DNA of 64,000 nt from Acidobacteriota bacterium. GTDB taxonomy: Bacteria > Acidobacteriota > Aminicenantia > Aminicenantales > Saccharicenantaceae. Location of the stretch: assembly GCA_033549365.1 (NCBI GenBank), contig JAWSUF010000004.1, positions 172,058 through 236,057 on the forward strand. Direction: 5' to 3'. Shown one piece after another: positions 45,038-52,964 of the stretch; position 1 is the first letter of the stretch; each line of letters starts with the position of its first letter. The translations under genes and the position numbers were made by a program. A model generated the notes under the pieces. That model worked only from the letters and a program-made list of their open reading frames with translations, had not been told where the DNA came from and did not search any database.

Positions 45038-45444
45038 TTCAGGGCGGCCTCGATTTTTGCCAGAAGATCGTCGATATCCACCGGCTTCGTCAGAAAATCG
45101 TCGATGCCGGGAAGGAAGTTTTTGGAGTCGTCGAGCGAGAAGCGGTTGTTCGTGACCTGGTTAATGGCCGTCAGCAGAATAATCGGAATGTTACGGAATT
45201 CCCGATAGCGCGAGCTTTCCCTGTCGCTCCGGATCTGGGCGGCCGCTTCGAAGCCGGCCGTGTCGGTTTCCATCATGACGTCCAGGATGAGGAGGTCGGG
45301 TTTTTCCGCGAGAAGCGTTTTCAGGCCGGCTGAGCCGCTGAGCGCCGTCACGACCTCGTAGCCGTTCGCTTTCAGGGCCTGGCCGAGGCTTTCGACGAGG
45401 TCTTTGTCGTCGTCGATGAGAAGAATTTTCTTGGCCATGAGCAT
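45034..45444 (-). CDS. Single-domain response regulator (REC only)
   Basis: 136 aa with a CheY-like fold: KILLIDDD, the phospho-acceptor in DLLILDVMMETDTAGFEA, LLTAI, and K in TKP. The start may be the third codon (MAKKILL). It lies 15 nt downstream of the hydrogenase small-subunit gene. Confidence 0.8.
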   Translation of the reverse strand: MLMAKKILLIDDDKDLVESLGQALKANGYEVVTALSGSAGLKTLLAEKPDLLILDVMMETDTAGFEAAAQIRSDRESSRYREFRNIPIILLTAINQVTNNRFSLDDSKNFLPGIDDFLTKPVDIDDLLAKIEAALN

Positions 45445-45459
45445 TCCTCCGGTGGATCC

Positions 45460-45990
45460 TTAGTCCTTGAGAAGCTGGTAAATGACGTTCCGGTCCTCCC
45501 AGGCCTTGCTGCGCTCGTAGGCGTCGATGGGGAATTCGACCTGCTTGAGTTCGACGGGCGCCGCCTTCTTGTCGACCAGGCCGAGCGCCAGGGCCACGCC
45601 GTAAATGATGGCCTCAGGCCGGGGAGGGCAACCGGGGACATAGAAGTCGACGGGCACGGCCTGGGCCCCGCCGCCGGTGACATTGTACGTGTCGAACCAG
45701 CAACCGCCTCCGACCGCGCAGGAGCCGATGCCGAAGACGATTTTCGGGGCGGGGATGGCCGCATGAGCCCTGCGGACCAGGGGCAGCGTCGGACGCGTGA
45801 CCGAACCGGACAGCAGCATGACGTCGGCGTGCCGCGGCGAGCCGACGAGCCGGATCCCGAAGCGCTCGACGTCGTAGTAGGGCGTCAGGACATTCAGGAT
45901 TTCAATGTCGCAGCCGTTGCAGGCGCCGCTGTTGCAGTGATAGACCCAGAGGGATTTGGGAAAGAATTTTTTCGATAACTTGGCCAGCAT
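45460..45990 (-). CDS. Group 4 [NiFe] hydrogenase small subunit (HycG/NuoB family)
   Basis: 176 aa. The proximal-cluster Cys motifs are HCNSGACNGCD, GIGSCAVGGGCW and VPGCPPRPE. Confidence 0.85.
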   Translation of the reverse strand: MLAKLSKKFFPKSLWVYHCNSGACNGCDIEILNVLTPYYDVERFGIRLVGSPRHADVMLLSGSVTRPTLPLVRRAHAAIPAPKIVFGIGSCAVGGGCWFDTYNVTGGGAQAVPVDFYVPGCPPRPEAIIYGVALALGLVDKKAAPVELKQVEFPIDAYERSKAWEDRNVIYQLLKD

Positions 45991-45991
45991 G

Positions 45992-46537
45992 TCATTCTCC
46001 GAGCTTATGGGGACGTTGGAAGGATTCGGTCTCGCGAAGGATCCGGGGCTCGAACTGTTCCGATGTCCGGCGCAGGACGGTCCGGGCCTGGAGGCTGTCG
46101 TAGCGGAATCCCTTGAGGTCGAGCCGGTCGATGAGATTCGTGATCTCCATATCGTAACACCGGCCGCATCTCCGGCAGGTCAGCATGAAGAGTTCGAGGT
46201 TCTGGGTGATGTCCTCCCGGTCATTCGTGGCCAGCTCGAATTGTTCGGTCATGGCGATGGCGTCTTCGGGACAGACATCGGCGCAGCGCCCGCAGTACAT
46301 GCAGCGCGATCCGTCATAGAGGAGAACGCGGATGTCCTGACAGATGTCGCGGACCATGATCGTTCGGGCCGGGCAGTGGTCGGCGCAGCCGCCGCAGCCG
46401 ACACATTTCGTATGGTCCCAGGCCGGGGCACCCCGGAAGTCCTCCGGGGCGGGACGGGGTTCGAAGGGATATTTCAAGGTAACGACGCCCGGCTTGAGAA
46501 CCAGGAGGACCTGTTTGATCTTGCTCATAAGCCACAT
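45992..46537 (-). CDS. 2x[4Fe-4S] ferredoxin-like hydrogenase subunit (HycF/NuoI family)
   Basis: Two CxxCxxCxxxCP motifs are present (CVGCGGCADHCP, CMYCGRCADVCP), and the protein is about 180 aa. Confidence 0.8.
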   Translation of the reverse strand: MWLMSKIKQVLLVLKPGVVTLKYPFEPRPAPEDFRGAPAWDHTKCVGCGGCADHCPARTIMVRDICQDIRVLLYDGSRCMYCGRCADVCPEDAIAMTEQFELATNDREDITQNLELFMLTCRRCGRCYDMEITNLIDRLDLKGFRYDSLQARTVLRRTSEQFEPRILRETESFQRPHKLGE

Positions 46538-46557
46538 GATCTTCTCCTTTGCCTCGG

Positions 46558-47466
46558 CTAGAAGCCCTTGACGGCCAGACCGGCGGCGACGAGGGCGACG
46601 GCGATCAATCCGGCGTAAAATTTTACCGCCTGGTCGATGCGGAATCTGGGGTTCGTCGCGCCGATGATTGCGATCAGGACAAAGACGACGAGGATTCCCA
46701 GGAGCTGAATGAGAATGTCGGCCGGCCCGAAACCCGTCGCGGGAAGCGGCACGAAGACGCTCACGAAAAGGAAGGCGTAAAACATCTGCTTCATCATCAT
46801 GGCGTACTTGAACAGACCGTAGAAAGCCCCGCTGTACTCGATGAAGGGTCCTTCCAGAATTTCCACCTCCGCCTCGGCGATGTCGAAGGGCTGGCGGCCC
46901 ACGAAGGCCTGGAGAGCCAGGAGGTAGACGGACAGCATGAGAACGGCGGAGATCCCGTAGCCGGCGCTTCCCAGCGGGGCCATGGCGGCGCTCAGCTTGA
47001 GGCCTCCGGATTTGACCGCCCCCAGAATGAGCGTCATGGCCAGCACCGGTTCGATCATGATCATAGTCGCCATCTCCCGGCTGGCCCCGATCAGAGCGAA
47101 GGTGTTGCGGCTGGCCAGGGCGCCGAGCAGAACACAGACCCCGCCCAGGACGAGCATGTAGATGAGCGAGATAATGTCGGTGCGCTGCGTCAGGAAGTTG
47201 GCCTTGCCTCCGAGGGGGATCATGGCGGCGACGGTCAGAACGGCCGCGAAGGCGCCCAGAGGAGCCAGCGAAAAAGCCCAGTTCCGGGCTGAGTTCATGC
47301 GCTCCTTGCCGAGAAGCTTGATGAGGTCGAAATAGGGCTGCAGGAGCGGAGGGCCCTGCCGCGACTGGATTTTGGCCGTGATTTTCCGGGTCACTCCCTG
47401 AAACAGCGGCGCGAACAGGAGGAACACGGCGACATTGACGAAGACATAGACGATGTCCATGATCAT
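46558..47466 (-). CDS. Hydrogenase membrane subunit (HycD/NuoH family)
   Basis: 302 aa polytopic protein with NuoH-like conserved regions (LFAPLFQGVTRKITAKIQSRQGPP; EGPFIEYSG). Confidence 0.85.
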   Translation of the reverse strand: MIMDIVYVFVNVAVFLLFAPLFQGVTRKITAKIQSRQGPPLLQPYFDLIKLLGKERMNSARNWAFSLAPLGAFAAVLTVAAMIPLGGKANFLTQRTDIISLIYMLVLGGVCVLLGALASRNTFALIGASREMATMIMIEPVLAMTLILGAVKSGGLKLSAAMAPLGSAGYGISAVLMLSVYLLALQAFVGRQPFDIAEAEVEILEGPFIEYSGAFYGLFKYAMMMKQMFYAFLFVSVFVPLPATGFGPADILIQLLGILVVFVLIAIIGATNPRFRIDQAVKFYAGLIAVALVAAGLAVKGF

Positions 47467-49148
47467 CTCCTCCGGCTCCGCGGCCGTCTCGCGAGTTTTT
47501 CGAGGCCGCTTGGGTCCAGAATTGTCCGGGACTTCTTCTTCATGTCGATGACGACGACGCGATCGGTGCAGGAAAAACAGGGATCGATGCTGCCCAGGAT
47601 AATGGGAAAATCGGCGAACTGGTTGTTGAGCAGCATGTCGGGGACGCCCTGAAGATTGGCGTAGGTCGGCGCCCGGACCTTCCAGCGCTCGGGCCGGTTC
47701 TCCTCGCCCGTGATAACGTAGTGGACGGATTCGCCGCGGGGCGCCTCGACGGTCGACATGCCGTGCCGAAGAGGAGGGAGGATTTCGGAGAATTCGGTGA
47801 GCAGAGGGCCGTCGTTCGGCATGGTGTCCAGGGCCTGCCGGATGATCTTCACGGATTCGAAGACTTCGAGGATCCGGACGACGACCGTGCCCCAGACATC
47901 GCCGCTGTCCATGACGGGAACAGCGAATTCGACCGCGTCATAAGCCGCGTAGGGATGGTCGCGGCGGGCGTCGATGTCCACGCCGCGGGCCCGGGCGACC
48001 GGCCCGATCAGACTCCAGCGGCGGGTCTGCTCTTCCGTAAGAAACCCGACGCCCTTGGTTCTCTTGTGAATGGACGTGTCTTTCAGAACCGCCGCCTTGA
48101 CTTCGAGGACCTCCTTTTCGACGGTTTCGAGGGTTTCGCGGAGTTCTCTTCCGATCTCCGGGGTGATATCCCGGCGGACGCCGCCGATCACGATCATGCC
48201 GTAGGTTTTGCGGTTGCCGGTGATGCGCTCCGAAAGCCACATGATGCGCTCCCGGATCCGCCAGGCCTGCATGAACAGCGTGTCGAAACCGATGAGATGG
48301 CCGGCGACGCCGAGCCAGAGGAGGTGGGAATGCAGCCGCTCGATCTCCAGCAGGATGGTCCGGATGAATTCGGCCCGCCGGGAAATCTTGAGTCCGGCGG
48401 CTTCCTCGACGGCCTGGGCGTAGGCCGCGGCATGGACGGAACCGCAAATGCCGCAGATGCGTTCGGCCACAAAGGGAATTTCGTTGTAACTGACCTGCGT
48501 CTGGCAGAGTTTTTCGATGCCGCGGTGAGTCATGAATCCGCGATAGTCGCAGCCCTTGATGGTTTCGCCGTCGACGTAAACCGCAAAATGGGCCGGTTCA
48601 TGAAGACTCGCGTGAAAGGGCCCCACGGGAACGACCGTCGTTCCGGGTGGAGCTTCGTCCAGTTGGTAGGCGACGTCCTCGGCTGCGGGCGGGACCAGAT
48701 TGTGGGGCACGTCCTTGCGCAGCGGATAAATGCCCTCCGGCCAGTCGTCGGCCAGGATCAGGCGTTTCGGTTTCGGATGGCCTTTGAAAGTCATGCCGAG
48801 AAGGTCGGCGCATTCCCGCTCCGTCCAGCCCGCATTGGGGATGTCCGGGGTGATGGAGTCGAACACGGGATCGTTCGCGGGGGCCGATGTCCGGAGGGCC
48901 GCCAGGATTCCGTCCCGGTCGAAAGCGAAAGTGTGGATCAGGGGGAGCGTACCGTCGCGTTCGATGCTGTCCGCGCCGAACCCGACCATGTATCTTGCTC
49001 CAAGTCCGATGAGCCGCGCCGCGGCGGCCCGGAGGTGCTCTCTCGGGATGTCGAGATAGACGCGGTGGGGAAGAGGAATGTCGACGGTCAGTCCGGACGT
49101 GCCGAACTCCGTCTCCAGCGTTTTTTTCAAGGTGTCCGGCGTCAGCAT
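47463..49148 (-). CDS. Group 4 [NiFe] hydrogenase large subunit fused to a NuoC-like N-terminal domain (HycE-like)
   Basis: 561 aa. The N-terminal Ni-Fe ligand motif is RICGICGSVH and the C-terminal one is DPCFSCTDR. The roughly 170-aa N-terminal domain is NuoC-like, as in HycE. Confidence 0.9.
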   Translation of the reverse strand: MLTPDTLKKTLETEFGTSGLTVDIPLPHRVYLDIPREHLRAAAARLIGLGARYMVGFGADSIERDGTLPLIHTFAFDRDGILAALRTSAPANDPVFDSITPDIPNAGWTERECADLLGMTFKGHPKPKRLILADDWPEGIYPLRKDVPHNLVPPAAEDVAYQLDEAPPGTTVVPVGPFHASLHEPAHFAVYVDGETIKGCDYRGFMTHRGIEKLCQTQVSYNEIPFVAERICGICGSVHAAAYAQAVEEAAGLKISRRAEFIRTILLEIERLHSHLLWLGVAGHLIGFDTLFMQAWRIRERIMWLSERITGNRKTYGMIVIGGVRRDITPEIGRELRETLETVEKEVLEVKAAVLKDTSIHKRTKGVGFLTEEQTRRWSLIGPVARARGVDIDARRDHPYAAYDAVEFAVPVMDSGDVWGTVVVRILEVFESVKIIRQALDTMPNDGPLLTEFSEILPPLRHGMSTVEAPRGESVHYVITGEENRPERWKVRAPTYANLQGVPDMLLNNQFADFPIILGSIDPCFSCTDRVVVIDMKKKSRTILDPSGLEKLARRPRSRRR

Positions 49149-51061
49149 GATGGTTCTCCTCGATGGTCGACCGGAAGAGTTTCATGATCCTGCGGTTCGC
49201 CTCCGGTCCAGCGGAACAGCTTCTTGAAGGCTGCGAACATGCTCTTGTCCACGTAGCGATTGATGTTTTCAGGTTCCTTGTAGCCGCAGAGCCATGTCTG
49301 AGCCGGAACATCCTTGGCTCCCCCCGCACGTTTCAGGAGGAAGGCCAGAATCAGGGCACCAAGAAAGACGGCGAAGAGAATGAGAGGGCTCAGAGCGGCC
49401 GCGATTTCCCCAGGGGGCAGGGAGGGCGGATATCTCAACCGGATGCCCGAGAGAGAAAGACGGAGAATGCCGTCCCCGGCCATGACGGATAAGGAGTTTT
49501 CGGCGATGAATCCCTTGGATGCGGCGAAGACCCGGCCGAACAGGCCGTAAAAGAGAAGAGGAAACAGTCCCTGAATCACGCAGATGGCGGCGAGCAGGAT
49601 TTTGGGAATCAGCATGGCCGCCGGGACCTCCCGGACCGTCTTTTTGACCGTCCATTCCGTCCCCGAGGATGTGAAGGCCATGCCGAAGAATTTGACATAA
49701 CAGGCCAGGGTCACCGCACTCGTAAAGAGGGCGACAATCCCGAAAAACAGCAGAGCCGCGTCGCTCCGGCCGGCCAGAAGGGAACTTGAGATGATCGACC
49801 ATTTGCTGGCGAAACCGCTTGTGGGCGGCATGCCCGAGATTGAGAGGGAGGCGATCCCGGCCAGGACGGCGGTGAGAGGCATGAGCGTGATCAGACCGCC
49901 GAGCCGGTTGAGATCTTTCGTTCCCGTGGCATAAAGGAGGCTTCCGCCCGTCATGAACAGAAGGCCCTTGAACACGGCGTGATTGACGATGTGATACATC
50001 GCGCCGACCGCGACGATGACGGCCAAATATTGTGCCGCCGCGTCGGTCGAAGGAGCAAGAACAAGCACGAGGCCCGAGGCCAGGACGATGTAGCCGATCT
50101 GGCCGATGGAGCTGAAGGCCAGCAGCCTCTTGGCGTCGCTCTGTTTGACGGATTGGACGGTGCCGATGAAAAGGGTGATCGTGCCGAGGGCGGCGATGCC
50201 GATTCCCCAGGCGCGGATGTCGAAATTCTCTTCCGCCTTCGGGGCCATGAAAAGAAACGTCCGCATCAGGCCATAGACGCCCGTCTTCAGCATCACGCCG
50301 CTCAGGAGCGCGCTCACCGGAGACGGAGCCACGGAATGGGCCCCGGGAAGCCAGAGCCGGCCAAGGGGCCAAACGCCCGCTTTGATGCCGAAGCCGACAA
50401 GCAGAAAGGCGGCGAAGGCGGCCAGCGATCCCGGAGACGTCCCGCCCATTTTGGCCATGATGGCGTGAGTGTCCTCCCCGAACCGGTAGCCGTTGACGAA
50501 CCAGGCCCCGGCGACGACGAGAAGCCAGGAGATTTCCATGAGGACGAGGTAAGTCACGGCGATCTTGACGTTTTCTTTTTTTCGGTGTTCGTAGCGGATC
50601 AGGAAGAAAGAGGCCAGGGTCATGATCTGCCAGGCGATCGTGAACCCCGTGGAGAGATCGTCCACCGTCACCAGGGCGGCCATGCCCAGAATAAAGAGCG
50701 GAAAGGCGGCATAATAGCCGCCCGCCCCGTAGTCTTCGTAGTGTTCCATGTAGCGGATCGAATAGAGGGCGCTCAGGGCCGCCATGACACCGATGACGAT
50801 CAGGAAGAGTCCGGAAAAGCCGTCGATGAGGAAGGGCAGCGCCAGCGGTCCGAGACGGACGGTTTCGATACCGGCCGAGGCTCCGCCGACGGCTTTCAAC
50901 CCCGCCGTCACGATCAGGCCGCCGGAGGCGGCCGCGGCCAGGAAATTCACGATTCCGGCCAGGCGTTTGTTTTTTGCGAGAAACGGAGCGATCCCGGCCG
51001 AAACGGCCAGGATGCCGAAGGCGGCGAAGAGATAGGGCGTGAGGGTTGCATTCGGGCTCAT
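49142..51061 (-). CDS. NuoL/MnhA-type antiporter-like membrane subunit (HyfB/HycC-like)
   Basis: Trimmed to MSPNATLTPYLFAAFGILAV... (639 aa); the track ORF has a 227-aa Arg/Pro-rich spurious extension. The sequence shows proton-pumping antiporter-subunit topology and motifs. Confidence 0.8.
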   Translation of the reverse strand: MSPNATLTPYLFAAFGILAVSAGIAPFLAKNKRLAGIVNFLAAAASGGLIVTAGLKAVGGASAGIETVRLGPLALPFLIDGFSGLFLIVIGVMAALSALYSIRYMEHYEDYGAGGYYAAFPLFILGMAALVTVDDLSTGFTIAWQIMTLASFFLIRYEHRKKENVKIAVTYLVLMEISWLLVVAGAWFVNGYRFGEDTHAIMAKMGGTSPGSLAAFAAFLLVGFGIKAGVWPLGRLWLPGAHSVAPSPVSALLSGVMLKTGVYGLMRTFLFMAPKAEENFDIRAWGIGIAALGTITLFIGTVQSVKQSDAKRLLAFSSIGQIGYIVLASGLVLVLAPSTDAAAQYLAVIVAVGAMYHIVNHAVFKGLLFMTGGSLLYATGTKDLNRLGGLITLMPLTAVLAGIASLSISGMPPTSGFASKWSIISSSLLAGRSDAALLFFGIVALFTSAVTLACYVKFFGMAFTSSGTEWTVKKTVREVPAAMLIPKILLAAICVIQGLFPLLFYGLFGRVFAASKGFIAENSLSVMAGDGILRLSLSGIRLRYPPSLPPGEIAAALSPLILFAVFLGALILAFLLKRAGGAKDVPAQTWLCGYKEPENINRYVDKSMFAAFKKLFRWTGGEPQDHETLPVDHRGEPSC

Positions 51062-51900
51062 ATCTGTTCCCCCAGCGTTTTGATCTGTTTGTAGGTGTAA
51101 ACCGGGCCGTCCGTGCAGACCAGGGTTCGGCCGATGGCGCAGTGCTGGCATTTGCCGATGCCGCACTTCATGTGACGTTCGAGCGTCGAGATGATGTGCG
51201 CATCTTTCAGTCCCCGTTTCAGAAGATCCCGGATCACGGCATTGAACATGACCGGGGGGCCGCAGACAAAGGCGACGGTGTCCTTGACGGGAATGCCGGC
51301 TCTCTCGACGAGGGTGTTGACGAAGCCGACGTGCTTGGTCCAGCCGGGCTCGGGATTGTCGATGGCGATGTGAGTTTCGAATCCGTCCGTCTTCAGCCAT
51401 TTGTCGATCATATAGGTATACATCAGGTCTTTTGACGTTCGGGCGCCGTAAAGGAGAAGGATCCGGCCGAACTCGTCCCGGTGCTGCAGAACGTGGACGA
51501 TGGAGGAGCGAAGGGGGATGAGGCCGATGCCGCCGGCGACGTAGATGATGTTTTTTCCTTTGATCTCCTCGAACGGGAAGCCGTTGCCGAAGGGACCGCG
51601 GATTCCGATCTTGTCGCCGGGTTTGAGATCGTGGAGGGCGCGGGTGACCTTGCCGACGCTTCGGACCGAGAGGTGGAGGCGGTCGTTTTCGGGGCTGAAA
51701 GGCAGGGATACGGCGAACTCCCCGGCTCCGAACACGGTGCACATGATGAACTGGCCGGACCGGATGCGGAAGTTCCGGCCGGCGGCCTCGTCGACGAACC
51801 GGAAATAGAAGGTCTTGACCTCGTCGATCTCGTCCTTGATTTCATCGACGACGGCGATTTCTGGGACGGTGACGATGGCGGTTTCTGTTTTGGCATTCAT
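51058..51900 (-). CDS. FAD/NAD(P)-binding oxidoreductase subunit with a C-terminal [2Fe-2S] (sulfhydrogenase gamma HydG/AsrB/PyrK-like)
   Basis: 280 aa. It has a ferredoxin-reductase-type FAD and NAD(P) fold (RSGQFIMCTVFGAGEFAVS, IYVAGGIGLIP) and a C-terminal CGIGKCQHCAIGRTLVCTDGPV 2Fe-2S motif. Confidence 0.75.
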   Translation of the reverse strand: MNAKTETAIVTVPEIAVVDEIKDEIDEVKTFYFRFVDEAAGRNFRIRSGQFIMCTVFGAGEFAVSLPFSPENDRLHLSVRSVGKVTRALHDLKPGDKIGIRGPFGNGFPFEEIKGKNIIYVAGGIGLIPLRSSIVHVLQHRDEFGRILLLYGARTSKDLMYTYMIDKWLKTDGFETHIAIDNPEPGWTKHVGFVNTLVERAGIPVKDTVAFVCGPPVMFNAVIRDLLKRGLKDAHIISTLERHMKCGIGKCQHCAIGRTLVCTDGPVYTYKQIKTLGEQI

Positions 51901-51906
51901 GGGCGT

Positions 51907-52962
51907 TTACTCCGTGATCTCCCGCCGGATGGCCGTCACGACCGTGGGCAGGCCGATGTCGCCGGGACAGACGCGGACGCACCGCCCGCAGCCGACACAG
52001 CCGGGGCGGAGGTATTTCCGGGACTGGGAATAGGACAGCTTGCAGAAGAAACGCTTGTTGCGGCGGTCCTCGACCGGGCGGCGGGGGTTGTGATCGCCGG
52101 CCATTTTCGTATATCCCTCGAAGGAGCAGGAATCCCAGGTCCGGCAGCGGTCCGTCGTCCCGTCAGGCCCGTTGAGATCCTCGATGTTGAAACAGGAACA
52201 GGATGGACAGGTGAACGCGCAGGCGCCGCACTCGAAGCACTGTTTTCCGATGTATTCCCAGACCTCGTTTCGGATGAAGCCCGTCGTCAGACGGTTGGTC
52301 GCCCGGGAGATCCAGGCTTTGTTTTCCCGGGAAACCTCGTCGAAGAGGGCGATGGATCCGTCGACGATTTTATCTTTGAGGGCCGTCTGGGCCTCATCCG
52401 CGGCCGGAAGTTCGAGCTTCCGGACAAGAGCCTCGCCCTTTTCGCTGCCGGCTTCCACGAGATAGACATCTCCGGCTTCCGTGAGGTTGATGTCGAAGCC
52501 CTCCCGGGCCGAGGGGCCGCTGTCCGTGCAGACGCAGAAGCACTGGGGAAAGGGCCGGACACAGGTGTTGGCGACGATGAAGGTTTTGCGGCGGTGGTCC
52601 CTGAAGACGTCATCGACGAACTCCTGTCCGAGAAAGAACCGGTCGAGACAGAGAAGCCCGGTCAAATCGCAGGAACGGATGCCGACCAGGGCTTTGGGCC
52701 GGACAAGATCGGCCGGCGCGATCCGCACATCTCCGGTCGAGCGATCATAGGTATAGCCGAGGATCGATTCGCGCTGGGGGAAAAAGGGGATCTTGGCCGG
52801 GTTGTAAGGAATGGGGGCCTGGAGGGCGATGTCCCCGGGGTCGGCCGCCCTGTCGAAGAGGACGTCTTTCGAATCGGGATGAACGATCGGACCGTATAGG
52901 TCATAGTCCGCGGCCAGCGCCGCCATGAATTCGGGAACCTTTTTTTTCTCGAGGATGTTCAT
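51907..52962 (-). CDS. 4Fe-4S cluster protein, sulfhydrogenase beta/AsrA-like (HydB-like)
   Basis: Trimmed to MNILEKKKVPEF... The ferredoxin motifs are CFECGACAFTCPSCSC and CVGCGRCVRVCPGD, and the architecture resembles AsrA/HydB. Confidence 0.7.
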   Translation of the reverse strand: MNILEKKKVPEFMAALAADYDLYGPIVHPDSKDVLFDRAADPGDIALQAPIPYNPAKIPFFPQRESILGYTYDRSTGDVRIAPADLVRPKALVGIRSCDLTGLLCLDRFFLGQEFVDDVFRDHRRKTFIVANTCVRPFPQCFCVCTDSGPSAREGFDINLTEAGDVYLVEAGSEKGEALVRKLELPAADEAQTALKDKIVDGSIALFDEVSRENKAWISRATNRLTTGFIRNEVWEYIGKQCFECGACAFTCPSCSCFNIEDLNGPDGTTDRCRTWDSCSFEGYTKMAGDHNPRRPVEDRRNKRFFCKLSYSQSRKYLRPGCVGCGRCVRVCPGDIGLPTVVTAIRREITE

Positions 52963-52964
52963 GG

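Noticed and set aside
35740-45208. Series of long plus-strand ORFs (35740-37266, 37583-38713, 39571-40797, 40292-41974, 41823-43208, 43187-45208)
   Set aside because: All are antisense to the SLC13 permease, GH31, URO-D-like and two-component genes, with Asp/Gly/Arg-rich low-complexity translations.
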